Below, piece after piece: positions 9,252-17,043 of a DNA stretch of 22,261 nucleotides (positions are counted from its first letter, which is position 1; every line of letters starts with the position of its first letter). The stretch is from an archaeon (GTDB lineage Archaea > Thermoproteota > Nitrososphaeria > Nitrososphaerales > Gagatemarchaeaceae): positions 1 to 22,261 of the forward strand of contig CADDZR010000019.1 in NCBI GenBank assembly GCA_902812495.1. The letters run 5' to 3'. The translations under genes were made by a program, and so were the position numbers. Below the pieces are notes generated by a model. That model was given only the letters and a program-made list of their open reading frames with translations, was not told the origin of the DNA and searched no databases.

Positions 9252-10019
9252 TCAGCTTATTGAGTAAGTAACTGTTAGCGAAACAGAGACCGTTATCGTT
9301 GATGGAGGCACAACTGGTGTAGATGCACTTCCTGAGGCGTAAACTGGTACAGGATACGGAATGCTGAACCCCGGACTTGCTGATACAACACCTGTTATAT
9401 TGACGCCAAGTGCCCTTGCAAGTGAGTTTGCCTGTGAGGCTGCATCCTGAGCTGCGAGTGTAAGGGCCTGAATCTTTGCCGATTGTATTGAGCTGTCTGA
9501 AGATGTGAATTCAATTCCGTACAAGATGTTTGCACCTGCTGAGGTCGCGGCATCTATGACTTGCCCTGTCCTCATCCCAAGTTCAGTTACATTGTCTTTG
9601 TTGAGCACGGTTACCTGGATCTGGTTTGTGACGATGTAGCCAGCAACCTTCTGGCCGCAACAAGAGTCGTATGCAGGGCTGATGCTGTAGTGTATTGTCC
9701 TTATCTCGCTCCGATTTATTCCAAGTGATACGAGACTTGCGATGAGCCTTGACATGATTTCTGCATTCCTCTCGGCAGCGATTTGAGCGGAGGTGTTCTG
9801 CGTTATTACTCCAATTGTAAGTACTGCTCTGTCGGGCTGGACATTGACCGTTCCAGCCCCTGTAACAGTTATCACCCTTACGTTCTGTGTGTTTGAGGTT
9901 GTATTTGCATTGACAACTGGATGGCTGCTGAAAAGATAGAACTGTCCAACAAGAACTACAAAAAGGATTGCTGAGAGTGGTATTCCAAGCCTCACTAAAT
10001 CCTTTTCCTGCGTTTGCAT
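9252..10019 (-). CDS. Membrane-anchored SIMPL (DUF541) domain protein
   Basis: VRVITVTGAGTVNVQPDRAVLTIGVITQNTSAQIAAERNAEIMSRLIASLVSLGI and PSTITVSVSLTVTYSIS are typical SIMPL/DUF541 motifs. Confidence 0.88.
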   Translation of the reverse strand: MQTQEKDLVRLGIPLSAILFVVLVGQFYLFSSHPVVNANTTSNTQNVRVITVTGAGTVNVQPDRAVLTIGVITQNTSAQIAAERNAEIMSRLIASLVSLGINRSEIRTIHYSISPAYDSCCGQKVAGYIVTNQIQVTVLNKDNVTELGMRTGQVIDAATSAGANILYGIEFTSSDSSIQSAKIQALTLAAQDAASQANSLARALGVNITGVVSASPGFSIPYPVPVYASGSASTPVVPPSTITVSVSLTVTYSIS

Positions 10020-10407
10020 GGATAAGCCTCATTTTAGCAAGCTGATATTACTAACGTCCAGAACAATAGTTTCAAAAGAGTAGAAACTGATTACCTTCCC
10101 TTTTGTGATACACACCACGAACACGCCACAACATAGAACAGATATCGTTGGATAATTTCTTCAAGGATTAAGCATCCAAAATTCAAATTTTTTATGCCTG
10201 TAATCTTATTTGGAGAAAATTTCTTCAAGATTGTATACAGATTATTGTAAAATCTTCATGAATTGTTGGTACTTCAAATAACAAGTTAAAATACATATTG
10301 CGGTAAATATCAAATGATTCACCGCGTTTATAACTTGGTTTGACATGTATGCACCTGTACACAGTTTAACGCATGCATTTTTATTTTCTCTGTGTATAAC
10401 ATAATTT

Positions 10408-11772
10408 ATGAAACTTCACTGTACTTCTAAAAGAAAGGCGATCTCAACAATCGGCTCTATAGGTGCCTTGGTAGTTGTCATACTGATCCTCTTCGGTATG
10501 GCCTACATGAACATTGGCTCACTCGACTCGAAGATTAACTCGCTACAATCAAGCTGGTCAAAGTATCAGCAATCCACCTCCCAGCAGACATCCGCATCAA
10601 CCACCCAGCAAACTACAACCCAGACAATCCAGCCAACTGTCAGGCACATAACATTAATTGCAAAGGATGCAAAAATAGAGATAGCTAACAACGTATACTA
10701 TGACGCATGGACCTTTAATGGTACAGTTCCTGGGCCTACTATCTTTGTCAATCAGGGAGACACAATTATAATCAAGCTTATAAACAACGTTACTAATATG
10801 AAGCACTCCATCGATTTTCATGCAGCTGAGGTTGATTGGGCTACAGACTACGCATCAGTGGCTCCAGGCGAAACAAAGACGTTCAATTTCACAGCAAACT
10901 ATCCAGGTGTGTTTATGTACCATTGCGGTACACCTCCAGTACTTGAGCATATTGGCAACGGCATGTATGGGGCAATAATTGTTAAGCCTTCATCCCCTCT
11001 TCCACCAGCTCCAGGAGGGGAGTATGTACTTGTCCAAAGCGAATTCTACCTTAATCCAAAGCCTGGCCCTAACGGCTCTTACTCTGGCAACTATACAAAG
11101 ATGCTAAACGGAAATCCTGACTACGTTGTCTTTAACGGCAAGGCATTCCAATACCAGGCTAATCCTCTTCATGTCAAACCAAACCAGCTCGTAAGGCTCT
11201 ATATACTTAATGCTGGTCCAAACCATTGGAGCGCATTCCACGTTATAGGAGCAATTCTTGATACTGTGTACATAGACGGCAACCCGGCTAATGTTGTGCA
11301 TGGTCTCCAGACACTTAACATTCCGCCTTCAGGTGGTGCAATAGTTGACATGTACTTCCGTGATCCAGGCGGAAAGAACCCGTTTGTAACGCATGACTTC
11401 GCAGATGCATCAAAGGGCGCTGTAGGTATGTTTGTAGTCGAAGGTAGTTCAACAACCACAACAACCACAAAAACAAGCTCCACAGTATCATCTGTTAAGG
11501 TTGTTATAGAGCAAGGCGCAGCATCAAATACTCAATCCCCAGGTTACTCACCCGCAGTTATAACTGTTGTAATTGGTGTCAACAACACTGTAGTTTGGGT
11601 GAACAACGATAATGCTCCACACACTGTTACATCAACTAACGGTGTATTCGACTCCGGAAACATGAACTCAGGAGATACATTCACGTTTACCTTTACAACG
11701 CCTGGAACATACCAATACATATGCTCATACCATCCATGGATGAAGGGTACAGTAATAGTAAAACAAGCTTAA
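10408..11772 (+). CDS. NirK-like two-domain multicopper oxidase / putative Cu nitrite reductase with C-terminal cupredoxin domain
   Basis: MKHSIDFHAAEVDWA, VFMYHCGTPPVLEHIGNGMYGAIIVKP, WSAFHVIGAILD and PFVTHDFADASKGAVGMF match the NirK T1/T2 copper and catalytic Asp/His signatures. The C-terminus NNTVVWVNNDNAPHTVTS...GTYQYICSYHPWMKGTVIVKQ is a second cupredoxin type-1 site. Confidence 0.85.
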   Translation: MKLHCTSKRKAISTIGSIGALVVVILILFGMAYMNIGSLDSKINSLQSSWSKYQQSTSQQTSASTTQQTTTQTIQPTVRHITLIAKDAKIEIANNVYYDAWTFNGTVPGPTIFVNQGDTIIIKLINNVTNMKHSIDFHAAEVDWATDYASVAPGETKTFNFTANYPGVFMYHCGTPPVLEHIGNGMYGAIIVKPSSPLPPAPGGEYVLVQSEFYLNPKPGPNGSYSGNYTKMLNGNPDYVVFNGKAFQYQANPLHVKPNQLVRLYILNAGPNHWSAFHVIGAILDTVYIDGNPANVVHGLQTLNIPPSGGAIVDMYFRDPGGKNPFVTHDFADASKGAVGMFVVEGSSTTTTTTKTSSTVSSVKVVIEQGAASNTQSPGYSPAVITVVIGVNNTVVWVNNDNAPHTVTSTNGVFDSGNMNSGDTFTFTFTTPGTYQYICSYHPWMKGTVIVKQA

Positions 11773-11826
11773 CTTTTCATCTAAAAACACATCTTCTAGA
11801 TAAGGCTCGTCGTGGAATTCCCTTCC

Positions 11827-11838
11827 TTATTTTTTAAC
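11827..11838 (+). terminator. T-rich tract downstream of the multicopper protein gene
   Basis: tattttttaac about 55 nt after the stop codon. Confidence 0.3.
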
Positions 11839-12109
11839 AATATATTAGAAAAACATGAACAAAACAAGCTTTCAGAGACTGATATATTGAGGATGGTTAA
11901 AATAGGTTATACACTTCAGAGTGAGAATATTGGGCTCGTTAATTATTTTACGTGGTGAAAAAGACTGGGGTTCATGAAGGCCCTCTTCATACTCTCATAG
12001 TACATAATCGAAGTTATGGGTTGAAAACGAAACAGCGGGTTTAATAAGAACACCTTTATCTGGCAGGTAGCTAAAATCTTAAAGATTCAAATAGCGGGGC
12101 GCTAATTTC

Positions 12110-13465
12110 ATGGAAACCTCCCCAAGAAAAGAGAGGAGGATCACAATTCTTTTTGTTTCTACTGCAATAATTTCTTCTTTAATTGGAAGTTTTTTTGGAA
12201 CACTTTGGATGTTTTATTTATCTTCAAACTCTAAATTTAGTAGCTTGATTCTTTCTCATCCTTATTTCCAAATGTTTGGCTTTCTCGCTGAGTTTGTTAT
12301 GGGTGTAGCTTATTCTCTCCTTCCTAGGTTTGCAGGAAAAGCTCTAAGTAATTTATACTTGGCATATCTGAACTATTTCCTTATTACTAGTGCTTTGTTT
12401 CTTTCTGTCGTTTCTATTCTCTTTGATGGACAAGGCAAACTTTACTTTTCTTCTTTACTTGTAGGTTCCTCTGCAATTTTTACATACCAAACTTTCTCAA
12501 CTACAAAGCAGATAAAATCTGCATTTCCTGAGGCAAATCTACTGTTTAAAGTTTCGTCTTCATCTCTCCTTACTTTTGCGTTCCTTTATTTCCTCTCAAA
12601 TTTTTCAATTAATTTTGACCCATTCTCAGAACAATCGTTACTCTTGTTTTTGCTTGGGTTTGTGGGTAGCATAATTTATGCAGTAGAGATCAGGTCCGTA
12701 GCATTCAGGCAAGCGAACTACAGAAAAAGATTAACGACAATTGCGGGTCTAACACAAGTAGCTGCACTTGTATTCTTGGTTGTTGGTATGTTGGATAGTG
12801 TCTTTGCTCTTTTGGGCAAGATTCTTTTGCTTGCTACTTCTATTGAAGTTCTGCTTGCTATTAGGCTTCTCACACACTCTCTAATGTATACACCTGCGAT
12901 GACAGGGATACACTTGAGAATTAAGCGATACAATGAGGTTTCCCTTACTTTTGCCTTTTTCTGGCTCTTTTCAGGCTTAGTTATATCTCTGCTCCATTCT
13001 ATTGACCCAGCCTACTTCCTCAGAGATATGTTCATACATACCGTTGCAATAGGATTTGTAGGTTCGACGATAGTTTGTTTCTCACCAATGTATATCCCAG
13101 GAATTATTAGCGCTAGAGGGCCAATATCTGGGCTCTCTTTTGGGCCTATCATCACACTCGCTATAGCTGTTTTGATTAGAATTGTTGGTGACATTGAGGC
13201 TCTTAGCTCTGGTAACTTTGCTATATGGGAATGGATATCAGGTGTATTTGTGCTTGTATCGGTCGTTTGGCTTCTAGCTATGTTACGGAGTATTATTGTT
13301 GCGAAGAATATTCAGCATTCCACTGTGAAAGAGCATTCCGACACAACAGTTTCTGCCGCTGAATTTGGAATACGCGTTTCTTCAGAAAGCTCTCTGTACC
13401 TTCACCCAACGAGCACTGCAAACCTGCTTTTCTGCACTTTCCGTAGTGGGAAAATATCACATTAG
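12110..13465 (+). CDS. NnrS-like / heme-copper-oxidase-subunit-I-like polytopic membrane protein
   Basis: About 12 hydrophobic helices; HPYFQMFGFLAEFVMGVAYSLLPRF and FLRDMFIHTVAIGFVGSTIVCFSPMYIP resemble NnrS His-bearing helices; lies directly downstream of the NirK-like gene. Confidence 0.6.
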   Translation: METSPRKERRITILFVSTAIISSLIGSFFGTLWMFYLSSNSKFSSLILSHPYFQMFGFLAEFVMGVAYSLLPRFAGKALSNLYLAYLNYFLITSALFLSVVSILFDGQGKLYFSSLLVGSSAIFTYQTFSTTKQIKSAFPEANLLFKVSSSSLLTFAFLYFLSNFSINFDPFSEQSLLLFLLGFVGSIIYAVEIRSVAFRQANYRKRLTTIAGLTQVAALVFLVVGMLDSVFALLGKILLLATSIEVLLAIRLLTHSLMYTPAMTGIHLRIKRYNEVSLTFAFFWLFSGLVISLLHSIDPAYFLRDMFIHTVAIGFVGSTIVCFSPMYIPGIISARGPISGLSFGPIITLAIAVLIRIVGDIEALSSGNFAIWEWISGVFVLVSVVWLLAMLRSIIVAKNIQHSTVKEHSDTTVSAAEFGIRVSSESSLYLHPTSTANLLFCTFRSGKISH

Positions 13466-13599
13466 AACCTTGACTCACGAAAACTTCATCCATATTTTTT
13501 CCATTTTTCCCTGTTGCGTCTTGCCTATGCTCCACAGGAAAGGGTGAACACCTTACCCTACTTTTTCAACATGCCAAGAAATAAGATGAAGGTACAAGG

Positions 13600-13713
13600 T
13601 TAAACGTCTGACGCTAAAGCTGCCCTGTAATAGAGACAGTCGGTGCAAGACATGTATACCCTCTGCATGTTATCACCATAATCAATTTCCCGTCCGCACC
13701 ACTGACATCTCAT
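13600..13713 (-). CDS. Putative 37-aa zinc-ribbon-like microprotein
   Basis: Not in the supplied track (below length cutoff). Translation MRCQWCGREIDYGDNMQRVYMSCTDCLYYRAALASDV* has two CXXC pairs and an A/T-rich putative TATA (caatattaacag) upstream. Confidence 0.55.
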   Translation of the reverse strand: MRCQWCGREIDYGDNMQRVYMSCTDCLYYRAALASDV

Positions 13714-13747
13714 CGCGTACCATCCGTGTAATAACTGTTAATATTGT

Positions 13748-13768
13748 TTTGCATACGCTGTATGCAAA
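13748..13768. promoter_or_regulatory. Perfect 9-bp inverted repeat TTTGCATAC-GCT-GTATGCAAA, possible operator
   Basis: Direct reading; lies in the intergenic region between the microORF (minus) and DUF4382 gene B (plus). A further ATTTGC half-site is at 13783-13788. Confidence 0.5.
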
Positions 13769-13833
13769 TTCGTCAAACGCCGATTTGCAACAAACTAAAC
13801 AGTCATTTCACAGCCCCTTTAATAGGACAAACC

Positions 13834-13850
13834 TTTCAAAAACCTTGAAA
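13834..13850. promoter_or_regulatory. Inverted repeat TTTCAA-N5-TTGAAA immediately upstream of a TATA-like box (ttaaaattaa, about 13856-13865)
   Basis: Read directly; the TATA-like box is about 26 nt from the ATG at 13889, consistent with a leaderless promoter. Confidence 0.4.
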
Positions 13851-13888
13851 ACGCCTTAAAATTAATAGCTTATTCTACATACCCTGGC

Positions 13889-15157
13889 ATGTCCTATGGT
13901 ATGATGAGTACAGCCGCAAGATCAGTCGTAAGCGCGATAGCAATTGCATTGCTGATAGTTGCTGGAATAACACTTTACGTACACAACGCAGGTTCAAATC
14001 TCACCTCCCAAGCCTCATCTTCAACAACAAGCAGTCCGACCTCCTCATTTTCAAGCACTTACACGACATCCTCTGGAACAATCTCTGTTTCGTCCTCTAG
14101 TCAGACCTCTGGCTTTCCTTCTGTGTTGTCCTTGGCAACACTTTCTGTAAGGCTGACCGACCCGCCAGTAGTTCCACAGGGGACTAGGTCCCTTAACCTA
14201 ACATACGCCTCTCTGAAAATACTTCTTAAAATCGAGAACGGAAGTTCTGCAATGATCAAGAACCTTATTGTCAACTCTTCTGGCACTGTAAACCTGCTCT
14301 CGATACAGAATGTTTCAGAGACTGTAGCAGTTGCAAAAATACCTAACGGTTCATTGATTTACACCATTGACTTCTTGATAAAAAGTGTATCAATAAACAT
14401 AAACGGCACAGTATATCCCGTTCAACCTGCGCTCAGCGGAAACACTCTAACTGTTGTATTCTATCCTCCTGCCACAGTAAAAGGAGATAGCGTTGCTCTA
14501 ATCGAGATAAGCCCGGTTGTTGTAAAGACAAATACAGGTTACCAGATGATACCTTCAGCAGTTGCAATTGTGAGACATGAAAATATAGAACACGAGGAGG
14601 TAGGGTCTAGGCACAAGCTAAACCAGACAGAGGAAAATGAGCTCAACCAGTCAAAGCCACAGCTTGTGGCAAACCTTGAAAGTATCTCTGTTTCTGGGAA
14701 TACAACAAGCTTCACAGTGCTCGTGAACAACACAGGGAGTGTACCTGCGATTATCTCAGCAGTATCGCTTCACGGAAACTTTGATACACTCTGTGCACAC
14801 AAAGCAGAGGGTCACAGCAACGAGACCGAGAAAGAGTGCGAGCACCCAGACACGGTTTACTTTAGGGTCTTGAACGTAACCTCTTCCTCAGGATGCGGAA
14901 CAGCATCTTTGAAGATCGTTGGGGAAGATGAAAATGGCTCGAACGGTACAAAACTTGAACCAGGTCAGTGCATAAGGCTGGTCTTCTCGGGGGTCATATC
15001 AATGGGGGAGTCAGGCAACGTCATTCTTCCGTCCCTTGCTCCTGGCTCGGAGCTCGAGGTTCATGTAATAGCTTCTAACGGAGGGGAGCTGGTAGTGACA
15101 TGCACACTACCTTTGAGCTCGCAGAGCTGTGTTGCAGGGAATGGGGAGAGTGACTAG
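13889..15157 (+). CDS. Exported DUF4382-domain protein (paralog B)
   Basis: N-terminal TM anchor, Thr/Ser-rich linker, then LATLSVRLTDPPVVPQGTRSLNLTYASLKILLK...VNLLS...VAVAKIPNG, parallel to paralog A. Confidence 0.75.
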   Translation: MSYGMMSTAARSVVSAIAIALLIVAGITLYVHNAGSNLTSQASSSTTSSPTSSFSSTYTTSSGTISVSSSSQTSGFPSVLSLATLSVRLTDPPVVPQGTRSLNLTYASLKILLKIENGSSAMIKNLIVNSSGTVNLLSIQNVSETVAVAKIPNGSLIYTIDFLIKSVSININGTVYPVQPALSGNTLTVVFYPPATVKGDSVALIEISPVVVKTNTGYQMIPSAVAIVRHENIEHEEVGSRHKLNQTEENELNQSKPQLVANLESISVSGNTTSFTVLVNNTGSVPAIISAVSLHGNFDTLCAHKAEGHSNETEKECEHPDTVYFRVLNVTSSSGCGTASLKIVGEDENGSNGTKLEPGQCIRLVFSGVISMGESGNVILPSLAPGSELEVHVIASNGGELVVTCTLPLSSQSCVAGNGESD

Positions 15158-15164
15158 CACTCCC

Positions 15165-15713
15165 TTATCTCTTCTTTGTTTTTATCTCAGGTGCCTCAAC
15201 TCTTTCGAGAGTTGAGATTATTTCCCTACAGAAGGCTGGCAGGTCATTGGGAAACCTAGAAGTTATAAGGTTACCATCCTTTACCACCTCCTGGTCCTGA
15301 TAAATTCCACCTGCGTTTACAATGTCATCCTTTATTGACTTGAAGCATGTAACTTTCCTTCCCTTTACTATGCCCGCCGAGACAAGCACCCATCCTGCAT
15401 GGCATATTGCAGCAACAACCTTCCCCCGATCATGCATCTCCTTCACAAAGTTCAGGACTGGACTGTATCTGCGTAGATAGTCGGGACAGTATCCGCCAGG
15501 TATGATGACGGCATCGAAATCCTCTGCTCTGATTTTGTCTACAGTCGTATCTACCTTTACCTCCATACCATGCTTTCCTCTGTATATTTCGGAGGAACCT
15601 GTCCCAACAACAGTTACCTCTGCCCCTGCCTCCTTCATCCTGTAGTATGGATACCAAAATTCAACCTCCTCATACAGATTTTCAACCAGAATTGCAACCT
15701 TCTTTGTAGCCAT
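15165..15713 (-). CDS. PfpI/DJ-1 family protein (putative deglycase/protease-like)
   Basis: VAILVENLYEEVEFWYPYYRMKEAGAEVTVVG...AVIIPGGYCPDYLRR...VAAICHAGWVLVSAGIVKGRKVTC with a nucleophile-elbow Cys. Confidence 0.92.
   Translation of the reverse strand: MATKKVAILVENLYEEVEFWYPYYRMKEAGAEVTVVGTGSSEIYRGKHGMEVKVDTTVDKIRAEDFDAVIIPGGYCPDYLRRYSPVLNFVKEMHDRGKVVAAICHAGWVLVSAGIVKGRKVTCFKSIKDDIVNAGGIYQDQEVVKDGNLITSRFPNDLPAFCREIISTLERVEAPEIKTKKR
15195..15216. repeat. Perfect 9-bp stem, 4-nt loop hairpin (CTCAACTCT-TTCG-AGAGTTGAG)
   Basis: Direct reading; inside the 3' end of the PfpI gene and 38 nt past the stop of convergent DUF4382 gene B. Confidence 0.6.
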
Positions 15714-15726
15714 GTTCTAAAGCACG

Positions 15727-17037
15727 GTGCAAGCTACTAAAAAATTTAATGAAAATGAAATTTATTTGTTTCGACGAAAGACGTTGCTTACACTCACAAG
15801 TGTTTTAAAATGGAATATCTGGGGTCAAGTTCGACTTGGTTTGGTTGTCGTTGAGCTAAAAAATTACAAGACAGCATCAAAAGCAAGGGTTAAGGCTGAT
15901 AAGAAAGCAAGTACACAAGTCTTCAGCTCTCTCCTTGCAAAAGCAAAAGAGAAACTTACTATGACAGGAAGGCTAAGCGCAAAGGCAAACCTTAACGGTA
16001 TAATTGTTGAGCTAATAACAAACAGCCTCCACCAGTATACATTCTGGACTAACAACTGGTGGCTTGTTAGGGATGAGAGTTTACTTCCACACGCAAGGGT
16101 TTACTCTGTTATAGGTGTTGACGGTATAGAGCCTTCAGCCTACTATCATCCAGAAACAAATACTGCACTCTTTGTTAATACTGAGTATTACGGCCAGTGC
16201 AAGTCTTGGGCGCTTGGAATTGCGGCTGCAATACTAGAGAAGAGGTTTAACACACTTTCAGTTCACGGCGCGACAGCACTGTACAAGAACAAAGGCGTTA
16301 TAATAATAGCACCTACAGGAACAGGAAAGACAACACAGTCCTTCAAGATATTCATGAGCGAACACGGTAAGATATGCGGCGACGACTGGGCGTACATAGA
16401 ATTCCCTGATCCGATACCATCAAAAGCCTTCGAACCCCTAATTGCCAAACAGCCAGAGAAAGCCCTTTACATGAGGTCTGAAACACAGAGGGAGAACCCT
16501 TGGTTGAGACCTATCTTCGATGTCTCCCTTAACGAGAATGTTGTAACAGAGAAATCCGAATGCACTCATACAGAGGGCGTAGATATGTGCAGGTTGACAG
16601 GAAAGAGATGTGTATTTGATGAAGGAGAGTCGTGGTGTTACTATGCTTTTGAGAACTCAAGGACACTTGTTGAGAGAGAAAGGCTTCTTGGCCCTGAAAA
16701 GGTGGTTGACTCGATACCTGTAAACCTTGTGGTGCTACTCAGAAGGGACAGCGTCAGTCCACCTATGCAGAGGCTAACCCCGGATGAGGCAATATCGATA
16801 CTCAGGAAGGGAGAATATATGGTGCTTCCTGGTGCGGGTCCGAAGGAAAAGTGGGGCACAATTTCATATGAGCCGTGGTACAACCCTTACCTACTTGAGC
16901 TTGACAATTCAAGGCAGGAGTTTTTCTTCAGGGCAATGTTCCAGAACTACTCTGTCCCATGTATAATTTTAAACACAGGCGTTGAAAGCATAGAGGAGAC
17001 ACATATGAGGATTGTAGAAGAGCTTGAGAGACAGTGA
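15727..17037 (+). CDS. Divergent phosphoenolpyruvate-carboxykinase-like P-loop protein
   Basis: FVNTEYYGQCKSWALGIAAAILEKRFNTLSVHGATALYKNKGVIIIAPTGTGKTTQS...GKICGDDWAYIEFPD matches the PEPCK pattern (YAGEMKKG...M-H-SAN...GLSGTGKTTLS...GDDEHGW). Start codon uncertain (GTG at 15727; no in-frame ATG near the N-terminus). Confidence 0.7.
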   Translation: MQATKKFNENEIYLFRRKTLLTLTSVLKWNIWGQVRLGLVVVELKNYKTASKARVKADKKASTQVFSSLLAKAKEKLTMTGRLSAKANLNGIIVELITNSLHQYTFWTNNWWLVRDESLLPHARVYSVIGVDGIEPSAYYHPETNTALFVNTEYYGQCKSWALGIAAAILEKRFNTLSVHGATALYKNKGVIIIAPTGTGKTTQSFKIFMSEHGKICGDDWAYIEFPDPIPSKAFEPLIAKQPEKALYMRSETQRENPWLRPIFDVSLNENVVTEKSECTHTEGVDMCRLTGKRCVFDEGESWCYYAFENSRTLVERERLLGPEKVVDSIPVNLVVLLRRDSVSPPMQRLTPDEAISILRKGEYMVLPGAGPKEKWGTISYEPWYNPYLLELDNSRQEFFFRAMFQNYSVPCIILNTGVESIEETHMRIVEELERQ

Positions 17038-17043
17038 TCGCAT

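Noticed and set aside
9583-10032. 149-aa minus-strand ORF over the SIMPL gene
   Set aside because: Same-strand alternative frame of the well supported SIMPL CDS; low-complexity, non-family sequence.
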